DNA from: Lama guanicoe
Taxonomy: Eukaryota
Assembly (NCBI GenBank): GCA_013239625.1
Contig: MU054575.1
Location: 4,071,298-4,135,297 of the forward strand
Length of the DNA stretch: 64,000 nucleotides
Reading direction: 5' to 3'
Part shown: piece after piece, positions 12,701 to 24,647 of the stretch
Position numbering within the stretch: position 1 is the first letter of the stretch
Layout: each line of letters opens with the position of its first letter
The notes under the pieces: model-generated
The model's database searches: none
What the model saw: the letters and a program-made list of their open reading frames with translations, nothing else
What the model was told of the DNA's origin: nothing
Position numbers and translations under genes: made by a program

Positions 12701-15700
12701 CACGGGGTAGGGACTGCCGAGGGGCCATGGGCAGGGCACCACGTCCAGGGCTGCAGAAGGCAGGGGAGAGAAAGTCCTATGGATTCTTTGAGAGAACTAA
12801 GACAGGAACGCTGGGCACCAGAAGAGAGCAGTCAGTTCCAGAAAGAAAATGTCTTCAGACTTGAGCTACATCCTTCACTAAGGCTTTGTGGGCATGATGG
12901 GTTTTGAGTTCAAATTTGCAGATGTGGCAAAGGAAGGCCATCTGGAATGAAAACCTCCTGTGCCAAGGTTTCACCTCAAGAGGTGCCAGCCCAGCCGGAG
13001 GCAGCCTTCTGCGTTCTAAGGGAGAGGCGATAAGAAAGTGAGAGGAGGCCCGAGGGCAGCAGCATCTCATTGGAACCTCTGCTCCCAGGGGGCCCCGCTG
13101 CCACCAGCTGGTTCTCCACCAGCTTCCAGAGACACCCTTTGAACCACTTACTTTTACTGGAGGCCCAACCTTGTGCCAGCTTTTCACACTAATCCTACAC
13201 TCTCTGTGAGGAGGTATAATGATTACCCCACTTCAGAGACTGAGGGAAGAGTGCTAGGAGTTCAGGGTCTTAGAACCCAAGGTCACGTGGCTTGAATAGG
13301 CAGGACTAGGATTTGAACCCAGATAGCATGATTCCCAGCCCTGGGCTCCCAACCTCCCCAGAAGGATTATTTAAACATACAAGTGAGGTCTTGTTCCTGC
13401 TCTGTTAACACACAGATGGCTGTGTGTGTTAAATGACAAGTGACATAAAATGAAGTTCTTGGAGGGCAGGTGGCTGCTCAGGTGGCTGCAGAGGCCCTCC
13501 CTCAAGAAGGTGAACTTGAAGGATGGGCAGGCATGGGTGGTCAGGAGTGCAGGGACATGGTGAGGCAGACGTTTCCCTGGGGTGCCAGGCACCGCTGCAG
13601 GCTAGGGGATGGGATGAGTCACGTGACACGGCTGAGGAACCCAACGTGGGAGTCTCTGTCAGGCACCGGCAAGCATTAGGTTTGCAAAGGGTGAGGAAGC
13701 CTCTGCTCTTTCTCTCAAACAGAACCACAGTGCAGTGGAGGAGATCAAAAAGGCCACAAGAAATGGCAGAGGGAGGTGACAGCTGCCAGGCAGGGTGTGA
13801 CAGCAGCCTGGGAGTGGAGGAGGACCTGGAAAGTAGGAAAAGCAGCGTGTTTGGAATCCTTCTTTGGAAAAGCAGGTCCAGCCTCCCAGATCCTCACCAC
13901 CCCTCCCTCCCTGCTTGCCGGCTCCCATCCACCCAGAGCCCAGGCTACAGGTACCTGGCACCCTCCAGGCCCAACAGTCACACCTGCCCACCCCCCAGGC
14001 CCCCTCCTCTCTCCTTGAGAGTTTCAGCAGGTTGCAGTTAACACACGTGGGCTACAGTTATCAACTGGAAAATGCTCCCATGCCCCACCACCCAGAAGTC
14101 CACTGTCCTCTTTGATCAATGTTGTGCATGAGGACATCGAGTTTCAGGCAACCGGCAGGCAGCAGTGTGCTCTCAGGGGACCCAGCTGAGGCCTGGGCGC
14201 TCACAGTCTTGTAACAAGTCTGAGGACACCAATTCCTGGGAGGAAGCCCTGAGCCTCCGCAGCTTAGCTGAGCCTGGGGTGACATGGTGGGTCTTAGGGT
14301 CCTGAGATGATACACAGATAGAACGAGCTGATTCTCACGGGGTGCTGTGCTGGAGACACTTTGAACTGCACGGTGCAAGCTTAGCTTCATCTTCAGATTC
14401 TCCAAGGTAGGCACGAGGCAAGTTTGTTGACTTGAAGTTCTGTTTCCTAGTGAGGGAGAGAGTGAGAGCCCAGCCGGGGGCTAAGGTGCCTTTCTTTTCT
14501 TTAACCCCTGCAGCGATGGTGCACGGATGGACTGAAGGTTTGCAGGGGCTACAGCCAAGGGGCAGGCAGCAGAGGGTGGCCCCGCTGTGAGGAAGCTGCC
14601 CTGTACCCAAGCACACACTGCCCCCAGTTTCCCTTGGGTCCTAGCAGCAACCCCCCTGCAGCTCAGGGAAGCTGCTTTCAGGGAGGAGAGGAAGGTGGGG
14701 CGTGCAAGGAGGCTTGTCTGCAGGGCTGGAGCAGTTTATGAGACTGGAGCAGAAGCCTCTTGTAAAAAGTGGGATTCATGGCTATGGGGGCAGGGTTCCC
14801 TCCAAAAGAGAGATCTGGCTTGGGTCTTGCTCCACAGCTCTGGGTGATCTTGACGTCCTGGGTGTCAGGTGTGTACTTGGCAGGAGCTGATGGAGCAGCC
14901 GTGGGGGGGAAGCAGGCTGAGGTAGGGGAACAAATTGGGCCTTTGCCCTTAGGTGAAGGGTCTCTGTCCTGGCCCCGACTAGCTTTCAACCTGAACGCAT
15001 GCTTGAGTATTTCCATCTAGGCGGGTCTGCAGGCCCATCCCACCTGTGGTCCTCGCAGCTGCAAAAATTATCCAGGGTTTCTCTAGCCTGGCTTAGCCTG
15101 AAAATTTTTCCTCACTTCTACCACTATCCCCCATTCTGGGCCCAGCCTCAGGTACAGGTACAGGTGACCACAAACCACTGCCCTGTGAGGCTGAACTAGA
15201 TACAGTTTTGGCCAGAGGCACAAGGAGGCTCGGACTGGGTGAGTGCAGGGGATCGGGGCTCCTTCTGGCCAGTGAACAGCTGTGCCTTGTGCCCCAGCAG
15301 GTTCCCTGGCCTCGCTAGTCCTCCCTCTGCCCCACCCTGACAGGCTTTTAATACCTGCATAATCCTTTCTGCTGACGAGGCTGGCCAGGGGGTGGGAAGA
15401 GGGGCCGATGAGCTAGGAGAGGCCCTGGGAGCAGCTATGCCAAAGCCTGGAGACCCTGGAAGGGGTGGGCTGGTGTCCTGAGCCCTCAGAAACAGGGTCA
15501 CTCAGGTTGTCAGCCCAGGGGGCAGGACTGTGCTCTGGGGCTCCGAATTGAGCTCATTAGGACAAAGTGCTTAGATGTGATTTGAAACTGTGTTTGGGTA
15601 ATTGACTGATGTTAACTGACTTCCCTGGATTCCTGGGCTAAGGGAACTTGGGCTCTGGCAGACGGACTGAGAGCGAGAACGTGTGAGCAAACCCATCAGG

Positions 15701-16101
15701 GGCTGTTTACATCTCTATTGTCAGCAGCCAGCCTCTGTTTGTTTAAACCTCAGGAGGTCTCACTGGTTCACTTGGGTCTCTGCTCCAGTTCCAAACTCAA
15801 ATTTCACAAGTAGGTGTGAATTGCACTCACCTTATCTGTCTAGCCTGGAGGTGGACCAGTTCAAGCCTTAGATGGCCCACGTGCATTTAATGAATATTGT
15901 CTGCACTGAGGGAGACCCAGAGGGGATGTCACTAAGTCTCTGGGACCTGCCCTGAGCCATTTTGCCATTTAGGTACCAGAGGGGACTCAGGCCCTGCCGA
16001 TTAGGGTCTGTAGAGGCTCTCAGCTGAGGATATGGGGTCCCACCCTGGCACAGATCATAGGACATCCAACCAACTGGCAGATTTCTCCAGGTGACTAGTT
16101 G

Positions 16102-17497
16102 GATTAATTTTTTTTCATCCACACAATGTTTTTATTTTTATTCAGCTATAAGCAAATAGCAGAGTTAACACAACATTCAGCAACTCCAAGCTGGCTTTTC
16201 TTACACCAAAGAAGAACAATCAATTTAACAGGCATAGACTGTCGGATTTCTGATAAACCTCTCACCCAGTCTTGCAGCTCTAGGTGGCCGGGCTCCAACA
16301 GCAAAGAAAGCTCTATTGCTTTTTCCAGTACTGCTCTTTAAAGCAGCCAGCGCAGGACACTGACACCAAGTAACCAGCCTGAGATGTACCACATCGCGGG
16401 TTAGTGAACATGCCAGCCCCTGGTTGTCTTGGTGAGAGACAGGGCTGTGAAAACATGCCAGAAGATGCCACCACGCACAATCCTGGGCTCCGGCTACCAC
16501 AAATCTTCTTTCAACCTCCCTTGAAGATTCTCTGATGCTCTTACTCTATTGCTGTAGACCTGGTCTTTCTACCAGAATTTTTTTCTCTAAATTCTGTGTT
16601 GCTACTCTTATATTAACATTTTGATGAGCCCATCATAGAACAAAAATATCCCCCCAAATGGAGTTCAGATTTGATCTAAACATAAATCAGAGTGTGTGGC
16701 CCTCTAGAATTACAGAAGACGGGTGGAAGGAAAAGTCACTCTAAGCCTAGATCTGACTGTTCAGAGCTCGGGAACAGGGAAGGGGAGAAACCTACACTTG
16801 AAACCCTGCTTGGCAGCTCTGGGGACGGTTTCCATCTCCCAGCCCTCCTCTGCTTCCCAGACTGCTGCTCATAGAGTTTGGGCACATAGTTGTCGCATTT
16901 CGCCTGGTAACACGTGCTGGCCACCGAGGCCCTGAGCTCGTACTTTTTGCAGAAAGACGCCACCTTGAATTTGCCGCGGTGGTCTCCAGACCGGTTGCTG
17001 AGGATGGGCTCGTCACACTCCAGTGGCCTGTTCTGCTCGTAAACCAGCCAGACGTAGCGGTGAAGACCTGTGCCCTTGGGAGGCCCAGAGCCCACATAAT
17101 CAGAGAAGACTGTGCCACTGCTGATGTCGTTGCCCTTCATGCTGACCACCAGGAGATGGTGCCACTCCCTGTATTTGGGGTCCTTCCTGCTGGGGGCATC
17201 CAGGTCTGTCAAGACCAAGGTGTAGAGTTTATCTGGATCAAGGCCATCCCATGCAATGCTGGTGGGCCGGTTCTTAACCTGGGTGGGTGTCAGCACTTTG
17301 CCCAGCTCATCGACCTCCGTCCGTCCCACCGTATTTGACCAGCAGCGGGTGCTGGGGCCGCTCATCCACTTCCTGCAGGCTCAAGGTCCTGGACCACTTG
17401 CTGAGATCCACTGACACTGTGGGGCCGAGCAGGGCGGACAGCAGGGAAAGCCAAGGGAGGGCAGGGCAGGAGCAAACCAGCAGCCAGATTAATTTTT
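16102..17497 (-). pseudogene. PEBP1: Full-length PEBP1 (RKIP, phosphatidylethanolamine-binding protein 1) processed pseudogene; ancestral CDS 16850-17417
   Basis: Intronless; translates [59 protein letters not shown]. Start is GTG, a 4-bp duplication lies at 17317-17324, and the stop is CAG. Two AATAAA at about 16131-16142, short poly(A), TSD GATTAATTTTT at 16102-16112 and 17487-17497, TT/AAAA L1 endonuclease site. Confidence 0.96.
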
Positions 17498-17548
17498 AAA
17501 TAATCTTTTTATTTTATAAGTTTTAGATTTTAAAAGAAAGTGTGAAGA

Positions 17549-17680
17549 GGGGGGGATATATAGATCAGTGGTAGAGCACATGCTTAGCATGCATGAGGTC
17601 CTGGGCTCAATCCCCAGTACCTCCCCTAAGAATAAATAAATAAACCTAATTACCTCCCTACCAAAAAATTTTAAAAAAAA
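17549..17680 (+). mobile_element. Camelid tRNA-derived SINE (vic-1-like)
   Basis: Same consensus as the other copies; TSD tgtgaaga on both sides. Confidence 0.85.
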
Positions 17681-18007
17681 TGTGAAGACAGTACAGAGAA
17701 TTTCACATACCCCTGCACCCAGCTTTCCCTATTAGCACCTTAGATTTGTCTGGTACCTTTGTTACAAGTAATGAACCAATATTAACACATTAGTTATCAG
17801 CTGCTTTTCTTAGTTTTTACTTAATGTTCTTTTCTGTCTCAGGGTCCCACCCAGAACACTACACACTTGGTTGTTATATCTTCTTAGGTTCCTCTGTGCT
17901 ACAGTTTCTCAGATTTTCCTTGGTTTTGATGACCTTGACGGTTTGGAGGAGGAGTTGTCAGGTAGATAAAAGAATATCTGTCAACTGGGGTTGTCTGATG
18001 TTTTTCT

Positions 18008-18146
18008 TTTAATTTTTATTTTTTTAACTTTTTGGGAAGGGAGAAGTATGTTTATTTGTTTATTTTTTAATGGAGGTACAGGGGATTGAACCCAGGATCT
18101 TGTACATACTAAGCATGCACTCTACCACTGAGCTAACCCCTCCCCC
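18008..18146 (-). mobile_element. Camelid tRNA-derived SINE (vic-1-like)
   Basis: Reverse complement of the consensus (GGGGATTGAACCCAGG..CTACCACTGAGCTA); TSD ttgtctgat(g/t)ttttt. Confidence 0.85.
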
Positions 18147-19459
18147 ATTGTCTGATTTTTTTCTCATGATTAGATGGGTGTAATGGGTTTTGGGAAGGAA
18201 GATCATACAGGTAACGTGCATTGATTCATGTTCAATATAAAAATCAAATTATTTCCAAAACTTAATTTTCTCTCCTCTCCCTCCCTCCCTTCTCTTTCTC
18301 CTTCCTTCCCTCTCTTTTTCTTCCGTAGTACATCTGCTTCCCTGGCCCCAACCACCTCCTCCATTTCTCTGTTGGGTATGGGAGCACTTGGCCTGGCCAT
18401 GGGAGCTAAGAGGTTGAGAGGGGCACTCAGTGGGACCCAGGGCCCCAGGAATGCTGTGGGGGCGGGGAAGGGGGTAAGTGTGGTACAGCAGTAAAGATCA
18501 TGGACTTCCAGGGTCTGAATCACAGGAAGCCTTGCACTTCCCACGTCTCTGTTAAGAGCACCCTTAGGTGCTTGTTAGAGGTGTTGGGAGCACTAAGGAG
18601 CTGGCAGAGAATGGCCCCACCAAAGGGGGTGCTTGATGTGAGCCCCAAACAGTCCTGCATGGCTGGAGTGAACAGAGATGAGGAATGACACCCCCCAGTC
18701 CCAAAGGCCCTTCAGTAGCTACTGTAAGCTCTATGGAACTGTCCTCTGGGCTGGCTCTTGGGCTGTGATCACCAATGACAGAGAGGCCTCCCTAGAACAC
18801 CCACTTGGCTCCCATCTGCTAGGGTCTTATGTTAAGTCCTCCCATACATGACCCCTTCTAACCTGTGAGGGAGGCACATCGCACGTAAATGGTGTTATCA
18901 CCAATGAACAGAAGAGGAAGCCAGGCACCAACCACTGAGTTAGCCATGTTTGCCCAGTCTCTATCTGACAATAAATCACCACCTCTGAAACCAAGAGTGT
19001 CATGGAAAACTCCAGGAGTTTTTCCTTCTCTAAAACCATTCTCTCTAGTTTGCTGATAACTGGACTCCCTTCCACAATTCTGAATAAAAGCCTCTGCTAG
19101 CGTTTGGATGGGATGGGACAATTTGAGGACAGTCACTCCAGTCAGGATTTAGGAGCAGGAAGACTGAGCCTGTGTCCTGCTAGCAACGTGTCATCTTGGG
19201 TGGGTCTCCTAACCTCTGTTTCCTCATTGGCACACACGGGTGTGTGGGGAGTGATCCGGGGTCTCTGAGTTATTAATGGATGCTGCTGATCAGCAGGGCT
19301 ACTGTTTAAATAGCATTTGTTGTTTTGAATAAGCTTTCTGAATTGCAGAAAAACTAGAAACAATGCAAATAAATGTACAACAGCCAGAAGGTTTGTAAAA
19401 ACTTTAGAATATTTACTAGATAAGATAATATGCAGCTGCTGAGAGTGATATTCACCTAA

Positions 19460-19685
19460 ATGCCCATGGCATCCCGGATTGGATCTTGTAACAGAAAAAG
19501 AAAATTCATGAAAAAAACTGCTGAAACTTGAATAAAGTCTGGAGTTTAATTGATAGCATTAAAGTTAATTTCCTAGTTTTGATAAATGAATGTTAACATT
19601 AGGAGAAGCCAGGTGAAAAGTATATAGGGACTCTATGTACTATTTTTGTAGTTCTTGTTTAAATCTGAAATTATTTTAAAAATGT
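19460..19685 (+). mobile_element. L1MC-like 3' fragment
   Basis: GGATTGGATCTTGTAACAGAAAAAG..GGGACTCTATGTACTATTTTTGTA..AAATCTGAAATTATTT. Confidence 0.6.
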
Positions 19686-19771
19686 AATGACATGCACAAG
19701 TTTTTTGGAATACAGGAATCACTTAGGCTAAAATGCTCAATGGAAAAAGCAGAATTCAAAATTGTATGACA

Positions 19772-19889
19772 GGAGAGGGTATAGCTCAGTGGTACAGCAC
19801 ATGCTTAGCATGCATGAGACCCTGGGATGGATTCCCTGGTACCTCCATTAAAAAAAAAAAACCTAATTGCCTCCCCCTGCAAAAAAAAA
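19772..19889 (+). mobile_element. Camelid tRNA-derived SINE (vic-1-like)
   Basis: GGAGAGGGTATAGCTCAGTGGTACAGCACATGCTTAGCATGCATGAG..ACCTAATTGCCTCCCCC plus A tail. Confidence 0.85.
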
Positions 19890-22800
19890 TTGTTTTTTAA
19901 ATTACTGAATTCATGAACAGGCAACCAAAACAAATGCCACAGCTACAGCAAACAGCAGAGGCCATGTGGGAAGAGGTGCCAAGAAGCAGGCCAAAAGAGT
20001 GGCAAACGTGAGACCGGAGGCCACCACTGGAGTGCTGGGGTATTTTCATCTGTCCCTACACCCTGTGGTCAGGGTTGTCCTCGGCCCGGGGGTGGGGCTG
20101 GAATGTGGGCAGGGGAAGGGATCCTGGCAGTGCTGAGGGACCGATAAGGACGAAGCGCTCTATCAGGCCTGTTTTTGTTTTGTTTTGTATTTTTGAGAGG
20201 GAGGAGTGGGGGTGGGGAGTGAGAAGAGCTGGAGAGCCCAGGGTGTCGAAGGTGGCAGGTTTGGGACAGAGAAGGCCCTGAGGGCTGTCACCTCCTGGTG
20301 CAGTAGAGGCAACGTTTGTCACGTGACTCAGTGCCTTCAGCTGGTGGGGGCACTGGGAGGAGAGGTCGCAACTCCGCTGACTTTTCCCAGCGCCCTCCCG
20401 CCCCCGACCCAGGCTCTGGGCCCCCCTTGTGGGTGGTTCTCCAGATGCCCTCCTTTCCTTGCCCCCCTTCCTGTCAGCTTGCCAGGATAGTTTTGGCTAA
20501 AAGGGGCAGGGTGTGCCCCCAGTTACTGGCCCACAGCAAGTTACTGGCTGGCAGCACTCCCTTGGGATTCCTTGCCATTCTTAAGTATTTTGATCATCTC
20601 CTGAACTATGTTACAAATTCTAGGGTAGGGTCGGAGGAAAGGAGGGCAAGGACCGAGAACCCTCAGTCCCAATCTGCCTCCCCAGGTGTTGCACAGAGCA
20701 AATTAAATGAGGCTGGGTTACACGGCTGGCCCCGTGGGAAACGCTCTGCAGAGCCATTTCATCTCACTCCAGCCCCCACACTTGACTGTAATCTTAGGAC
20801 GTGGAAGCGCAGGATCGGGAATCGAACCCTAGATTCTGACCCTAGGACCATGACAGACAGCGTCATTTTCATTCTAGGTCTGCTCAGACTGGCCTAATAG
20901 TCAAGTCACTTGGCCTATTTTTCTGAGCCTATTTTTCCTTCAGTAAAATGTTGGAGGTGGGCCCAACTCAGTGGGTGGTAGCTGGTGGGAGTGGTGTGTC
21001 CCCAGGTCGTGCTCCAGGCAGGAGTGATGAGGTGGATCTCCAGCCTGGCCTGCCATGTGGTGCGTGCCAACCCGACTGTGCTGGGGAAAGCCTCCTCTCC
21101 TTGGGCCCTGCTGCCCTCTGCTGGTTGAGGTCCAGCCGCCTGGCCAGCACCAGAGGAGGTCAGAAACTGGGGCTTGAGAGACCGGTCCTGTTTGCCCCTG
21201 TCCAAGTGCCTAGCTCTGCAGCTCACTGCTTTTGGTCCCACTCGTTAGCTTCTGAAACTGTTTCCTTGGCTATAAAGTGTAGGGATTCTGAGGACTGAAT
21301 GGGGTAGGATGTGCAGAATGTAACCTACAGTGCCTGGCCAGCAGGACTCTGTGATGCTTCTCTGGAGGGCAGACAGGAGCAGGAGACCTAGAGCACCTCT
21401 GCTGCAGATGCGTGGGTGAGAGGGGTAAGCTGTGTGTCTTTTGTTCATTGACACCTCTCTCCGAATTCCCCACCTGCCCCCACCCCCATCCTGGAATCCC
21501 CAGCTCCTTTCCGGTTTCTCTCTATGGCAGGAGCAGGCTGCTTAGTGAACTTCGGACTGTCCCCTTAGTCCACATCGGAGCTCTTGCAGAGGATGGAGGA
21601 TGGAGGCTTGGAAGGCGAGGACCATATCCTGCTCCCTCCTCCATCCCGCTGCTTGGTGTGCAGTGGCTAGAACAGAGCCCACAGATGGTAGACAACAGAT
21701 GCAAATTTCCTAATCTAACACATGGATTGTCTACCCTGCACTCAGCCCTGAACGAGGCTTGGTGTCTCCTCAGCAAACCTAAGCCCTGGAGGCAACTCCA
21801 ACCCATCCCCCCAGCTCCCCTCAGAGGCTCCAGCCTACCTTGCAGAGAGCCATCTGCCTTGTCCTCTAGGTCTGTTCTCCTCTGAGGCTGCCCATCCTTG
21901 TCACAAGGAGTGTCTGTGCTCCTTATTTCTGAGGATCCAGATTGGGAAGAGGGGACCTACATCCATCCAACACTTCCATTCTTGCCTCTGCTGTGCAGCC
22001 CCTGCAACAATGTTACATAGCAAATAATAACCCTCACTTCATAGTTAATAACTCTAGTTAGTAGTTAACACTGAGTGAGTGAATAAGCACTAGTTGCATT
22101 AGCTTATTTAGTCTAACACTCCAGGAGGTAGGTCCTACTCTTACGCCATTTTACAGATGAGGAAACTGATGGAAAGAGAGCCCTAGTGACTCCTCCAAGG
22201 TCATAGGGCTGGTAAACTGCAGAATCAGGATTTGAACCTAGGAAAATCCCCTGCTTTCCACAACCTAATCTGTCAATCAGGAGCATTTAGCATGGAGGTT
22301 AAGCCCTGCAATGCAGCCCCTCTGCTGTTCTAGATCTCTCTGCCCCTCAGCCTGGTTTCAGGCTTTGTTCCCTAGCTAGTGGCTTTGGGATGACTTCATG
22401 GGAGCCAAGAGTTCTCATCCTCCAAAGGAAGGGCCCCAAGAGCAAAAGGCAGGAGAGAGCAAAGAGGGTGGCCTGAAGTGTGTGCTTCGCCAGCCACCGT
22501 CCCCTCCCCACAGCCAGATGTGGGGCCCAGGGTGCCGTCCAGGCAGAGGGGAGAGGAAAGCTTCATGACTCACAGAGTGCGCCCCACCCTCCCTGCCTGA
22601 GGATGCCAGGGAGTGGCCTGTCCTGGGGGAGATGACTTGGGGTCTCCACCCCTGCCCCTTGCCTTCCCGGCAGACAGCCCCAAGGCTGGGCGGAGGCAGT
22701 GTGGGGAAATGAAGACACTGTGGTTTGTGGCTCTTGGCCCCAGCTGGCCTCAGGGCTGCGCCTTCTCCAGGCTCCCACTCTGGCCCCGCCCAGCCAGGCC

Positions 22801-24189
22801 AAATGTGAGGAATTGAAAGCGGGGCTTGGAGGGTGAGGAGGAAGAGGAGGAGGAGGAGGAGAACGACAGCCCATAATAACCACTCTGGCTCCTCGGGCTG
22901 GGCGTCTCCAAGTGCTGCCACTCACCGTGTCCTCCTGTGACACCTGGGATGGCTGGGGGCCCAAAGCCTCGCCTGGTGTCTCTCAGGGGCTGTCTTCTCA
23001 GGCACGAGGGTGGGGCCCGCCTCCTTCCCTCACTCTCAGCATCCCCGCCCTTCCCGCAGTCCACCTCACCGCAGCCACAGCTTCCCAGCCCAGAAGTCAC
23101 CCGGCCTTGACTTGTGGTGGCTTGTTTCTCATGTCTGGGTGTCTGCAGCTGCCCTGCTGGTCTCCTGCTCCTGCCACCAGACGTGTTATCTTAAGGAGTC
23201 CAACCTGGCCTTTCCCACAGCATGGCGACAAAGGCCCAGTTCCTTAGCCAAGGGGCCCACGCAAAGACAAACACTCTGGTGTGCAGGCAGGTTCGGGTGC
23301 CTGTGGTGAGGTGGGAGTGAGGAAGCTGGCAGATCCCCAGGCTTCCCGGAGAAGGCGGTGTCTGGGCTGGACCCTGGAGGATCTGGCAGAGTAGGGGAGG
23401 GGGGTTTGAACAAGCAGTGATTGGGAGAAATGGCAGGCCGAGGTGGGGAAACAGTTTGAGAAGAGACTTCGAGGCTGGTATGGCCATCCTGGGTGTGGCT
23501 GGGGTATTAGTTGTCCTGGGCATGAGGTGGGGAGGGTGGGCTGCAGCCAGATGTGGGAGAGCCTTTGTCCCCAGCTAGAGAAGTGGGCCTCCTCTGGGCA
23601 GAGGGGCTGCAGAAAGCGCAAGGCGACATGACTGAATCAGTGCTTCGGAAGATTCCTGATGGTGAGAAGGATGAAGGAGGCTGAGAGCCTGGAGACTGGG
23701 AGACTTTTGAGGGAGTCCAGGCAGAAGGATGAGGAACACCGGTTCACAGCACTTGTCCATCCACTCCTCACATACTCCTTCAGTGCTTCCTACACAGGAG
23801 GCACTGCTTGAGGCACAGGAAGTTCCAACAAACCCAGTCTGTGCACTCAGGGAGCTGGCAATTCAAGGGGAGACAGGACCACGGCAAAGGGTAATGAGCT
23901 CCCCCAGAGTCAAGGGTGGGGCCAGGGTGGGTGGTGGGGAGGTGGAGGTGTTCCTGACTCAACCGCTCCCCTCCAAGGACCTCCTCTTCAAGGGTCCCCA
24001 TCAGACCAGGCGCGTGCCCATTTCCCTTTCTGTGAGGTGGGCCCGGAAGTCCCCTCCCCAAGCCTCTGCACACCTGTTGACATTCCACCTCCCTGACCCC
24101 TAGCCTGCTTCCCCTGTGCTCACAGAGAGTTGTTCCCTGACCTTGACCTCCTAGCATCAGTGCAGTGAGGGCATGAGTCGAATTCCAGT

Positions 24190-24406
24190 CCTACATCAGA
24201 CCACGTGACCCTCTTCTTCAGGAAACCCCAGTGTTTGAAGGCCTTCAGCTGATTGGATGAGGCCCACACACATTAGGCAAGGTCATCTGCTTTACTCAAA
24301 GTCTACCAATTTAGAAGTAACCACTTCAAAAAAATACCTTCACAGCATCTAGATTGGCATTTGACCAAATGCCTGATCAAGTTGACATTTAAATTTGACC
24401 ATCACA
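24190..24406 (-). mobile_element. MLT2-like LTR fragment
   Basis: GGCCTTCAGCTGATTGGATGAGGCCCACACACATT..CTGCTTTACTCAAAGTCTAC..AAGTTGACA..CCATCACA. Confidence 0.7.
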
Positions 24407-24647
24407 CCTATTTATTTTCTTATATAATTATCTCATTCTTGATATACTTAACACTGCAGAGAGCTAAGAGGCAACAAGGCAGAATTTACTCCTCCTGCTC
24501 ATCAGGTGAGAAGACTGACACTCAGGACCAAGTCCATCACTCCATTTTCCTTCCCATTAATACTCAGCCTCCTTGGCCTGGCCCTCTTGTCCTCCCTGCC
24601 TTGCAAAACGTCATACAGTACCCAGCAGACTCAAGTCACCACCATAG

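Larger units (their letters stand above)
17505..18230 (-). mobile_element. Old L1 (L1MB/MC-like) 3' end interrupted by two SINEs
   Basis: TTTTAGATTT..AGTACAGAGAATTTCACATACCC..GTTACAAGTAATGAACCAATATTAACACATTA is typical L1M 3' UTR antisense. Confidence 0.65.

Noticed and set aside
22415-22921. ORF with a transmembrane-like poly-Leu stretch (WLLWAVVLLLLLLFLL)
   Set aside because: The hydrophobic run is a translation of a (CCT)n microsatellite and the start is not ATG.
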